Of a stretch of DNA of 64,000 nucleotides, positions 28,855 through 36,809 are shown piece after piece; the stretch's first letter is position 1, and each line of letters opens with the position of its first letter. The notes beneath the pieces were generated by a model, which was not told the DNA's origin, did not search any database, and worked only from the letters and a program-made list of their open reading frames with translations. A program made the position numbers and the translations under genes. This DNA is from Candidatus Nomurabacteria bacterium (GTDB taxonomy: Bacteria; Patescibacteriota; Patescibacteriia; HK-STAS-PATE-3). Location of the stretch: NCBI GenBank assembly GCA_023898465.1, contig CP060223.1:896001-960000 (forward strand). The letters are read 5' to 3'.

Positions 28855-28940
28855 TGGTGCCGCCGGTCGGACTTGAACCGACATGAGGTTACCCTCAAGG
28901 GATTTTAAGTCCCTCGTGTCTACCATTCCACCACGGCGGC
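28855..28940 (-). tRNA. tRNA-Leu (anticodon UAA), type II, CCA encoded
   Basis: Reverse complement gccgccg...; anticodon arm aggga-cuUAAaa-tccct; long variable arm. Confidence 0.9.
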
Positions 28941-29043
28941 AAGCATTCAAAGCGAATACATGCCATATTTCAACACAAGAATGTCATTCATGCAAGACCA
29001 GCAGGAACCACATGCTAACACGAGTATTTCGGAAAAACAAGAC

Positions 29044-29721
29044 TTACTCGGGTTTATTAAACTCAATCTGCGAAGTAGACTCTTTGCTTCTGCGACTTTT
29101 AATAAACTCCCAGAGGGCGGGCAATAATGAAATAGCAATGATAGCAACTACGACAAAACTAAAATTCTCCTGGATAAAAGGAAGCCTGCCAAAAAAATAT
29201 CCTCCGAACAAGAAAATGCTGACCCAGAGGAATGCTCCAAGCACATTATAAGTGAAAAAGTGACGATATCGCATTAAGCCAACACCTGCAACAAAGGGAG
29301 CTATGGTACGAACAATTGGAACAAATCTCGCAATGACAATTGTCTTTGCTCCATACCTTTCATAAAAACGATGGGTACGGTCAAGATGCTCCTTCCTTAG
29401 CCAACGAGAATTTCTCAACTCATATACTCTTCGACCAAGGTGCTTCCCTATCCAATAGTTTAATCCATCGCCTAACACAGCCGCAGTAAACAGCAAGGCA
29501 AAGAGAAGTATAATATTTAGTGACCCTGCATCAGACAGCGCTCCAGCGGCAAAAAGAAGCGAATCCCCTGGCAAGAAGGGCATAATCACAATGCCCGTCT
29601 CAAGGAAGACAATACCAAAAAGAAGCGCATAGACCCAGGTGCCGTATGTGCTTATAGCTATTCCAAGGCTTTCATCTAAGTGGAGAAAGTATTGAGAAAT
29701 AGTGTGTAATAGCTCGTTCAA
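29044..29721 (-). CDS. DedA-family (VTT domain) membrane protein
   Basis: FLETGIVIMPFLPGDSLLFAAGAL signature. Confidence 0.85.
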   Translation of the reverse strand: MNELLHTISQYFLHLDESLGIAISTYGTWVYALLFGIVFLETGIVIMPFLPGDSLLFAAGALSDAGSLNIILLFALLFTAAVLGDGLNYWIGKHLGRRVYELRNSRWLRKEHLDRTHRFYERYGAKTIVIARFVPIVRTIAPFVAGVGLMRYRHFFTYNVLGAFLWVSIFLFGGYFFGRLPFIQENFSFVVVAIIAISLLPALWEFIKSRRSKESTSQIEFNKPE

Positions 29722-29820
29722 CTTGAATTAGATAATTGTTTCAGTATTTAGTCAAAATGTTATTTTATTTTTTTTGGCTAACTTTAGTGAGGCGATGTTC
29801 CTCGAGGAACTTTTTAATTG

Positions 29821-29895
29821 TGGTGGACCAGAGGGGAGTTGAACCCCTGACCCCTGCAATGCGAATGCAGTGCTCTACCACTGAGCTACTGGCCC
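29821..29895 (-). tRNA. tRNA-Ala (anticodon CGC), CCA encoded
   Basis: Reverse complement gggccag...; G3:U70 present. Anticodon arm ctgca-uuCGCau-tgcag. Confidence 0.9.
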
Positions 29896-29945
29896 TAGTG
29901 TGTTCCTCGTGGAACAAACGGATGGGAGGCCTAAATTATCTAACG

Positions 29946-30021
29946 TGGTGGACCCTACCGGGCTCGAACCGGTCACCTCTTCCATGCCATGGAAGCGCTC
30001 TACCAAATGAGCTAAGGGCCC
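29946..30021 (-). tRNA. tRNA-Ala (anticodon GGC), CCA encoded
   Basis: Reverse complement gggccct...; G3:U70 present. Anticodon arm cttcc-auGGCau-ggaag. Confidence 0.9.
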
Positions 30022-30073
30022 ATGTGAACTACGGATATTTTAAGCTTCTTTTCTCCGTACCTGCCTCAGCCTT

Positions 30074-30145
30074 TGCCCCCACCATGAATCGAACATGGAT
30101 CCAGGGCTTAGGAGTCCCTTGTTCTATCCTTTGAACTATGGGGGC
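30074..30145 (-). tRNA. tRNA-Arg (anticodon CCU), CCA not encoded
   Basis: Reverse complement gccccca...tgggggca. Anticodon loop cuCCUaa with an A31-G39 mismatch at the stem end. T arm ccatg-ttcgatt-catgg. Confidence 0.7.
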
Positions 30146-30325
30146 AGGGGCGGCGGCAGGCAATTTTCTTTTACCCGAGATTTTGTAACTTTTGTAAAAA
30201 GTTATTTTTTTGCTAGCCTTTGCAAAAAATAAGCGTCGTAGAATATTATGTTAAAAATGCATCTAAGTTACGAGCCATTATTACACCAAGTGGCCATTTT
30301 CGCAATGCCTAAAGAGCCAGATCGA

Positions 30326-30354
30326 TTGACACAGTAGCATCAACAACTTATTGT
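30326..30354 (+). promoter_or_regulatory. candidate promoter of the bactofilin gene
   Basis: TTGACA-17 nt-TATTGT, 26 nt upstream of the ATG. Confidence 0.4.
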
Positions 30355-30379
30355 TACCACGTTTACCACTCATATACAT

Positions 30380-30784
30380 ATGGCACTACTTAATAGAGAA
30401 GAAAAACAATCACAACACATCGATACCGTTATTGGCCGAAACGTTCAGGTTGAGGGCAATTTTAATGGTGAAGGCAATGTAACCGTAGAGGGTACGGTTT
30501 CAGGTACCTTAAAGACAGCTAAAGATCTCATCGTTGGATCAGCCGCAAAGATTAAAGCTGATGTTGAAGCTGAAAACATAAGCGTTGCGGGTGAAATTCA
30601 AGGAAACGTTATCGCACGCGGTAAACTTGAGCTAAGTTCAAGCGCAAAAATAATTGGCAATGTAAAAACCTCAACTTTGTCGGTAGAGTCAGGCGCAGTT
30701 TTGCACGGCAAATGCACTATGAACGAAACGAAAGACAAGCTTGCAACTGATGAAGCGATTGAAATGCCCGCTAAGCTAAAATAA
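30380..30784 (+). CDS. bactofilin-family cytoskeletal protein
   Basis: Repetitive beta-helix pattern: VEGNFNGEGNVTVEGTVSGTL...VAGEIQGNVIARGKLELSSSAKIIGNV. Confidence 0.85.
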   Translation: MALLNREEKQSQHIDTVIGRNVQVEGNFNGEGNVTVEGTVSGTLKTAKDLIVGSAAKIKADVEAENISVAGEIQGNVIARGKLELSSSAKIIGNVKTSTLSVESGAVLHGKCTMNETKDKLATDEAIEMPAKLK

Positions 30785-30796
30785 GCAGGGCATTGT

Positions 30797-31567
30797 ATGT
30801 ATTGTTACCTGTTTGACACCTTTCTCCGTGAAAGGCAGTACGAAAAAAGCGTACATCGCGTTGAAGCGCGAATCGCTGAGCTTGGCTTACAAGGAAAAAC
30901 TGAGCGGCTCAGCATTCTAAAAAACGCAGGTGAAATAGTTCGCGATGCAGTTAAAAAAGGTGTACAAACTTTTGTTATTGTTGGCGACGATAGCACGATT
31001 CAGAAAGTATTAACCTATGTAGCCGAAGAAAAGGTTACCTTGGGAATTATTCCTCTCGGTACAAAATTAGAAATAGCTGACATGCTTGGTATTCCGCACG
31101 GAGAGGCTGCTTGCGATACACTTTCGAAACGAGTTATTCAATCACTCGATCTCGGCCGAATAAACTCTCAATACTTTTTACGCTCACTCGATATTCAGAG
31201 CAATGCGGTGCAACTTGAAAGTGATCAAGGGTACACAATCTCTCTTCAAGACCCGGAAGCTAAAATTCAAATTGCTAACTTTCTTCCTATGCAAGATGAA
31301 AGGGGAAAAGCAGGCGACCCATCAGATGGAACGCTTGAGGCAATTGTTTCAGCCTCGCCGAAAAAAGGTTTCTTTACCTCGCTTCGTGGACAGTCTGATC
31401 ACCCTAGCATTTTCCCATTCCGCAAAGTAAAAGTGACGTGTCGCGATGCCAGCGTCCCTCTGGTAGTGGACGGGGAAGGGATAGTAAAAACTCCAGCCCA
31501 AATAGAAGTAGTACCACATTGTTTGCGGGTGATCGTCGGAAGAGCGCGGCATTTTGCTCAGGCATAA
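30797..31567 (+). CDS. diacylglycerol-kinase-catalytic-domain lipid kinase (YegS/BmrU-like)
   Basis: FVIVGDDSTIQKVL...LGIIPLGTKLEIADMLGIP. Confidence 0.7.
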   Translation: MYCYLFDTFLRERQYEKSVHRVEARIAELGLQGKTERLSILKNAGEIVRDAVKKGVQTFVIVGDDSTIQKVLTYVAEEKVTLGIIPLGTKLEIADMLGIPHGEAACDTLSKRVIQSLDLGRINSQYFLRSLDIQSNAVQLESDQGYTISLQDPEAKIQIANFLPMQDERGKAGDPSDGTLEAIVSASPKKGFFTSLRGQSDHPSIFPFRKVKVTCRDASVPLVVDGEGIVKTPAQIEVVPHCLRVIVGRARHFAQA

Positions 31568-31655
31568 GCTCTAGGAAAAAAAACTTTCGCCTAGCCCGTG
31601 TGAACATGGCATTCACATTGTCTTTTCTTAAAATATCTTGTATAATATTCGCGTA

Positions 31656-32537
31656 ATGAAAGCAAACGGAACAAAAAAACTTGTACGAAAAGCAGTGATT
31701 CTGGTGGCCGGGTATGGTACCCGATTTTTGCCTGCCACCAAAGCACAGCCAAAAGAAATGCTTCCAGTTATTGACACGCCAGCTGTTCAGCTAAGTGTTG
31801 AGGAAGCCATTAATGCCGGTATTGAAGATATTGTGCTCATTACGGGATCCAGCAAAAGAGCAATTGAGGATCACTTTGATGCAAATACTGACCTGGAAAA
31901 TCGATTACGCCAGCAAAAGAAACATGCGCAACTAGAGAGCATTACACGGATTCAACGTCTGGCAAATTTTATTTACGTTCGACAACCTCAGCCGCTCGGA
32001 AATGGTCATGCCACCTTAATGGCTGAAGCAGCGATTGGAAACGAACCTTTTGTTTTACTCTACCCGGATGACTTAATTGTTTCCAAAAAAAATTCTATCA
32101 AGGAAATGATTCAGGTCTACGAGGAATTTCAAGCGCCAGTTATGGGCCTCTTACACGTAGAGAAAAAAGATGTAACAAAGTACGGCATTGCCAAAGTCAA
32201 CCACATCCGTGAACATATCTACGAAGTCTCTCAGGTTATTGAGAAGCCAACTCTCGCACAAGCACCTTCTCAGCTCGCCTCATTAAAAGGCTTTGTTTTC
32301 CCTCCGATAATTTTTGAATACTTACGCAAAGTACGACGCGGCAAAGATGGAGAAATATGGCTGCCAGATGCCGTAGACCTTTATAACAAAAAACATGCCG
32401 TCTTTGGTTGTGAGCTTAATGGTGAAGTATTTGATCTTGGTTCTAAGCTAGGCTGGTTAAAAGCAAATGTTTCTTTTGCGCTTAAGCGACCAGAGCTGCG
32501 TAAAGAATTCCGCGCCTATCTCAAAAAATTAGTCTAA
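31656..32537 (+). CDS. galU: UTP--glucose-1-phosphate uridylyltransferase
   Basis: KAVILVAGYGTRFLPATKAQPKEMLPVIDTP. Confidence 0.9.
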   Translation: MKANGTKKLVRKAVILVAGYGTRFLPATKAQPKEMLPVIDTPAVQLSVEEAINAGIEDIVLITGSSKRAIEDHFDANTDLENRLRQQKKHAQLESITRIQRLANFIYVRQPQPLGNGHATLMAEAAIGNEPFVLLYPDDLIVSKKNSIKEMIQVYEEFQAPVMGLLHVEKKDVTKYGIAKVNHIREHIYEVSQVIEKPTLAQAPSQLASLKGFVFPPIIFEYLRKVRRGKDGEIWLPDAVDLYNKKHAVFGCELNGEVFDLGSKLGWLKANVSFALKRPELRKEFRAYLKKLV

Positions 32538-32545
32538 GGGGGAAC

Positions 32546-33937
32546 ATGCGACGTTACGTCATTCTCATAGGTATCGTACTCATACCGGTTCTGGCCGTAT
32601 TTATTATCGTGTCCGGGGTTATTAATAAACCACAGCCAAATGTACAGGACGTACCATTAACCTTTTGGACAGTACAAGATGACACAAGCGCCTTTACTGA
32701 CGTGATCGCAGCATATCAGCAAGCCCACCCCTACATTACCATCGAGGTCGTACAAAAGCGTGCTCAAGATTATGGTGAGGCACTTATTCAAGCATGGGCA
32801 CGTGGGGACGGGCCTGATATTTTTTCTCTCCCTAATGCAGAGGTTGGAGAATATGCTGACTTTATTGCCCCATTACCTGAGGCAACACAGGTCTATCAAT
32901 ATCAGAACAAACGCGTGCTTCTCAGTAGGCAGCTTGTGATTACACCGGTCACTTCAAGCTCTATCACCCCGGCCCGCCTCAGTAATGACTATGTAGATGT
33001 TATTGCCAGCGATGTTATCCGAGATGGACAAATATATGCACTCCCATTAAGCGTAGACACCTTAGCAGTCTACGTTAATCGCAACCTTCTAAACACTGCT
33101 AATATTGTTTCACCGGCAACAACCTGGCAAGAGCTTATTTCCCAAGTACCTGATCTCACTATTTTTGATGCGCAAAATAATATTATTCAATCTGGGATCG
33201 CACTTGGAACGGCTGAAAATGTTTCCTACTCAGCTGAAATACTCTCACTGCTCATGATGCAAAACGGTACACAAATGACTGACCCAACTGGAACACGTGT
33301 GCAATTTGATCAGGGAACAAAAGAATATAACGCGGGTGAACGAGCTGTTGATTTCTACACCGACTTCTCTGACGAAACAAAAGCAGTCTACAGCTGGTCA
33401 GGGGATAGCTCACACTCAATTGATAGTTTTATCGAAGGTAAGACTGCCTACTTAATTGGCACCTTAGCTGACCAGGCAACAATTCAGGAGCAAAACCCGG
33501 CACTCCGCTATGACATCGTGCCAATGTTCCACATCAATACCGATGGAACCGACACCAGCGGCAGCACGGGAACGCGTACAAAAATTAACTACGCAAAATA
33601 CTGGGTGCAGACAGTGGCAAAAAATTCCGCTCATAGCAATGAGGCTTGGAATTTTGTGCAATACATGAGTCAGTCAGGCGTCGTCGAGGCATATCTCAAC
33701 GCCAGCGGACGTATTTCTCCTCTCCGAAAAATATTAGCACAACAAGTGAATGTGCCGGCCTTACAAGTCTTTGCCAATCAAGCGCTCACTGCGCAAAATT
33801 GGTATCATGGAAACAGCTGGACACAAACTGAAGGCTATCTCAAGCAACTCATCACCGTTGTTGCTGAAAAAACAAAGTTGCCGTTGGAGGCTTTAAGCCA
33901 AGCTGCTAAACAAGTGCAGCTCACCTTTACTGAATAA
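32546..33937 (+). CDS. extracellular solute-binding protein (sugar-type ABC SBP fold), N-terminal TM anchor, no cognate permease or ATPase nearby
   Basis: LTFWTVQDDTSAFTDVIAAYQQAHPYITIEVVQK...GDGPDIFSL pattern of family-1 SBPs. Confidence 0.7.
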   Translation: MRRYVILIGIVLIPVLAVFIIVSGVINKPQPNVQDVPLTFWTVQDDTSAFTDVIAAYQQAHPYITIEVVQKRAQDYGEALIQAWARGDGPDIFSLPNAEVGEYADFIAPLPEATQVYQYQNKRVLLSRQLVITPVTSSSITPARLSNDYVDVIASDVIRDGQIYALPLSVDTLAVYVNRNLLNTANIVSPATTWQELISQVPDLTIFDAQNNIIQSGIALGTAENVSYSAEILSLLMMQNGTQMTDPTGTRVQFDQGTKEYNAGERAVDFYTDFSDETKAVYSWSGDSSHSIDSFIEGKTAYLIGTLADQATIQEQNPALRYDIVPMFHINTDGTDTSGSTGTRTKINYAKYWVQTVAKNSAHSNEAWNFVQYMSQSGVVEAYLNASGRISPLRKILAQQVNVPALQVFANQALTAQNWYHGNSWTQTEGYLKQLITVVAEKTKLPLEALSQAAKQVQLTFTE

Positions 33938-33940
33938 CGC

Positions 33941-34924
33941 ATGTTACGTTTACCCTCAACTCGATTCTGGATCATCTCGGGTTTAAGCATGCTTATTGTA
34001 CTTGGCGCAGTAATACCTGCCCGAGCGGAGATCTTACCAAACTGCGAAAAAACACTTTACAAAGTTGAGCTCAATGGAGATCTCGATTGCCCAGATGGAA
34101 CAAACAATTGTATTGATCCAAATGATTACATACAAACTGTACACGGTGATATCGAACAGGTAATGGTCAACCGGAGCTGTGGTTTCAATGACTTCATTCA
34201 GCTCTTTGTGAATCTCGCAAACTGGGGCTTGGCTATTATGGGTGCCCTGGCTGTTTTCTTCTACATGTACGCGGGCTTCCAATTCTTAACTGCCGGCGGT
34301 CGGAGCGAGAATGTCGAGCAGGGTAAAAAAATTCTCTGGGGCACCACTATGGGAGTGATTATCATGCTGACTGCGTGGGCCGTTATTGGTTTCTATATTG
34401 TTGCTACAACTGGCAGTAACCAAGGCTTTGTTTTTCCTAATGATCCTAACTTCCTAGCCCCTTGGTTTGGTCAGACCGAAACTTGTCGACAGACCTATAT
34501 AAAAAATTACGACCAATCTCAGTGTGGACAAAACAATCTTCATATAAACTGTTCAGACCCGATTGATGGAAGCGATGGACCTGTTACTCGTTTGCAAAGC
34601 ATACTTACTCAGCGAGCTTGTAACCCTGGAGGAATAGACGGCTGTTTTGGTTCAAACACTGAAAGTGGGCTCCGACAATTCCAGAGAGTGAATTGGCGCA
34701 GTGGAATTATTGAAGACGGGGTAGTGAATGCCGATGATTGGAGCACCCTACTCAACACTTCTACTGCGTATGATTGTTCAGTCCCGCTAGGTTGCTGCAT
34801 CAATCCTGATGAACCGAGTCTTTGTTATGATCAAATTCCAGAGGCCTACTGTAACCAGAATGGTTGGACCTTCCTACCAGATAGCTGTGCGAGTTACGAC
34901 TTTGACTGTGAAGGACCAAGTTAA
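33941..34924 (+). CDS. T4SS-pilin-like (TrbC/VirB2-type hairpin) membrane protein fused to a Cys-rich domain and a peptidoglycan-binding-like domain
   Basis: Signal peptide (...IPARA/E). Hairpin motif YAGFQFLTAGGRSENVEQGKKILWGTTMGVIIMLTAW. C-terminal GCFGSNTESGLRQFQRVNWRSGIIEDGVVNADDWSTL resembles the PG_binding_1 pattern. Contains 20 Cys residues. Confidence 0.6.
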   Translation: MLRLPSTRFWIISGLSMLIVLGAVIPARAEILPNCEKTLYKVELNGDLDCPDGTNNCIDPNDYIQTVHGDIEQVMVNRSCGFNDFIQLFVNLANWGLAIMGALAVFFYMYAGFQFLTAGGRSENVEQGKKILWGTTMGVIIMLTAWAVIGFYIVATTGSNQGFVFPNDPNFLAPWFGQTETCRQTYIKNYDQSQCGQNNLHINCSDPIDGSDGPVTRLQSILTQRACNPGGIDGCFGSNTESGLRQFQRVNWRSGIIEDGVVNADDWSTLLNTSTAYDCSVPLGCCINPDEPSLCYDQIPEAYCNQNGWTFLPDSCASYDFDCEGPS

Positions 34925-34937
34925 TTTTCTATTGCAT

Positions 34938-35300
34938 ATGAATACACTACGAAAAAAACGCTTACCACTTATTCTCATGATCGCCGGACTCGTCCTCATG
35001 CCGCTGAGCGCCTTTGCGCAAAGCGGCTCGGCTGTAGCCATACCTAACCCGATTTCGTGTGGTAACTTAATTTGTCTCTTTGTAAACCTCATGCGCCTTA
35101 TTCTGGCCGGCTTAGGTGTCTTTGGCATGGTGATGTTTATTTGGGGAGGCTTTCTCATGCTTACTTCTGCGGGTAATGCTGATCGAATTCAAAAAGGAAA
35201 AGAAACCTTAGTGTGGTCAATTCTTGGTATTTTAGTAATTCTCGGCAGTTGGATACTCCTCAAATCAGTGATTGATGCAATTAACGGGGTTACTAACTAG
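34938..35300 (+). CDS. T4SS-pilin-like small membrane protein (120 aa)
   Basis: Signal peptide ...SAFAQS. Hairpin IWGGFLMLTSAGNADRIQKGKETLVWSILGILVILGSW. Confidence 0.6.
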   Translation: MNTLRKKRLPLILMIAGLVLMPLSAFAQSGSAVAIPNPISCGNLICLFVNLMRLILAGLGVFGMVMFIWGGFLMLTSAGNADRIQKGKETLVWSILGILVILGSWILLKSVIDAINGVTN

Positions 35301-35385
35301 GTTTGACGAAGTAGGAAGAGAGAGGTACGCTATATTCGACATAAGGTGAAGGAACACTTCACAATTGAAAGGGGGTGAGAAACAC

Positions 35386-35751
35386 ATGAAACAACGTACA
35401 CGACTGCTCGGCACACTAGCAGCATTTGCTATACTAGCACTTCCGTTGCTTGTTTCCGCCCAATCTGCTTTCACCGTAGAAAACATCGGTGGATCAGTTG
35501 GTCTCGGTACTGCTGACCTCAAAGATACCGTCATCAACATCATTCAATGGGTGCTTGGTATCCTCGCACTCGTTGCTGTCGTTATGATCATCATTGGTGG
35601 TTTCCAGTGGATGACTGCTGGTGGAAACGACGAAAAGGTGGAAAAGGCCAAGAAGATTATCTCAGCCGCGGTAATTGGTCTTATTATCATCTTGTTGGCT
35701 TGGGCTATTGTCATCTTCGTCGCAAATACAACGGCGAATGTCACTACCTAA
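35386..35751 (+). CDS. T4SS-pilin-like small membrane protein, paralog P1 (121 aa)
   Basis: SD GGGGGTGA. Signal peptide ...VSAQS. Hairpin IIGGFQWMTAGGNDEKVEKAKKIISAAVIGLIIILLAW. Tail ANTTANVTT. Confidence 0.7.
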   Translation: MKQRTRLLGTLAAFAILALPLLVSAQSAFTVENIGGSVGLGTADLKDTVINIIQWVLGILALVAVVMIIIGGFQWMTAGGNDEKVEKAKKIISAAVIGLIIILLAWAIVIFVANTTANVTT

Positions 35752-35777
35752 TCCAATCACGTATTTGGACTTTTAGA

Positions 35778-35808
35778 ACATACCCAGCTCACTGCTGGGT
35801 ATGTTTTT
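35778..35808 (+). terminator. rho-independent terminator of P1
   Basis: 11-bp stem acatacccagc/gctgggtatgt, 5-nt loop, then tttt. Confidence 0.8.
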
Positions 35809-35873
35809 ATTCAAAAAAGCCTTACTATGCTATAGTAGTATATATCTTTGAGAAGAAGAGGGGGTGAATATAC

Positions 35874-36230
35874 ATGAAGAAAGCTTTAATCGCAGTCGGT
35901 ACTTTGGCGCTCGTTGCTATGCCAATGCTTGCATCAGCCCAATCTGCTTTCACCGTTGAAAACGTTGGAGGATCCGTCGGTCTCGGTACCGCTGATTTGA
36001 AGGACACCGTCATCAACATCATTCAATGGGTGCTTGGTATTGTCGCCTTAATCGCTGTCGTTATGATCATCATTGGCGGTTTCCAGTGGATGACTGCTGG
36101 TGGAAACGACGAAAAGGTGGAAAAGGCCAAGAAGATTATATCTTCAGCCGTAGTCGGTTTGATTATTGTGTTACTCGCCTGGGCAATTGTTGTATTCGTT
36201 GCAAACACAACCTCAAACGTTACCGCCTAG
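35874..36230 (+). CDS. T4SS-pilin-like small membrane protein, paralog P2 (118 aa)
   Basis: SD GAGGGGGTGA. Near-identical to P1 and P3. Tail ANTTSNVTA. Confidence 0.7.
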   Translation: MKKALIAVGTLALVAMPMLASAQSAFTVENVGGSVGLGTADLKDTVINIIQWVLGIVALIAVVMIIIGGFQWMTAGGNDEKVEKAKKIISSAVVGLIIVLLAWAIVVFVANTTSNVTA

Positions 36231-36249
36231 CGTACACTTCGCAAATTCT

Positions 36250-36286
36250 GCAAAAGCCCTACCTTATACGAGGGCTTTTGCTTTTT
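36250..36286 (+). terminator. rho-independent terminator of P2
   Basis: 11-bp stem gcaaaagccct/agggcttttgc, then ttttt. Confidence 0.8.
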
Positions 36287-36356
36287 CTGCGCAACTTTTA
36301 TTTTTCATGGTATACTGAATGCATTACATCTTTAGGTAAAGGAGGTGAATGTCAGA

Positions 36357-36725
36357 ATGACCATAAAACGATTTCTTCCCTTAGCGCTACTCGGACTTAC
36401 CTTGGTATTACTGCCTTCTACTGTAGCAGCTCAATCAACCGCCTTTACGATCGAAAATATTGGTGGATCAATCGGTCTCGGTACCGCTGATTTGAAGGAC
36501 ACCGTCATCAACATCATTCAATGGGTGCTTGGTATCCTTTCATTAGTAGCCGTTGTTATGATTATTTTTGGTGGCTTTACCTGGATGACTGCCGGAGGTG
36601 CTGAAGATAAAGTTGATCAAGCCAAGCGTATTATCACCGCTGCAGTAATTGGTCTTATCATCATCTTGTTGGCTTGGGCTATTGTCATCTTCGTCGCAAA
36701 TACAACGGCGAACGTTACCACTTAG
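36357..36725 (+). CDS. T4SS-pilin-like small membrane protein, paralog P3 (122 aa)
   Basis: SD AAAGGAGGTGA. The ATG at 36357 is preferred over the GTG at 36345. Tail ANTTANVTT. Confidence 0.7.
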   Translation: MTIKRFLPLALLGLTLVLLPSTVAAQSTAFTIENIGGSIGLGTADLKDTVINIIQWVLGILSLVAVVMIIFGGFTWMTAGGAEDKVDQAKRIITAAVIGLIIILLAWAIVIFVANTTANVTT

Positions 36726-36743
36726 GCTACACTAGAATCAAAA

Positions 36744-36780
36744 CACAGACCTCTCCATATTTGGGGAGGTTTTGTGCTTT
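36744..36780 (+). terminator. rho-independent terminator of P3
   Basis: Stem core cctctcc/ggggagg with flanking extension, followed by a T-rich run. Confidence 0.65.
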
Positions 36781-36809
36781 TGGCTGACTCCGCTACACTA
36801 TGAACGCAT

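Noticed and set aside
28883-30134. Plus-strand ORFs 28883..29251 and 29736..30134 (122 and 132 aa)
   Set aside because: They run across minus-strand tRNA genes (Leu-UAA; Ala-CGC, Ala-GGC, Arg-CCU) and the DedA gene. Their translations are junk-like.
18900-30200. Prophage or integrative element at the tRNA clusters
   Set aside because: No integrase, recombinase, transposase or phage structural gene is present. Only short tRNA-end duplicates and small orphan ORFs are seen.
35386-36725. Repeated nucleotide blocks, considered as a CRISPR array, tandem DNA repeat or DGR template/variable pair
   Set aside because: The repeats are in-frame coding segments of three paralogous genes spaced about 490 nt apart, each with its own SD and terminator. 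Differences are mostly synonymous and not adenine-specific. No reverse transcriptase or cas gene is present.
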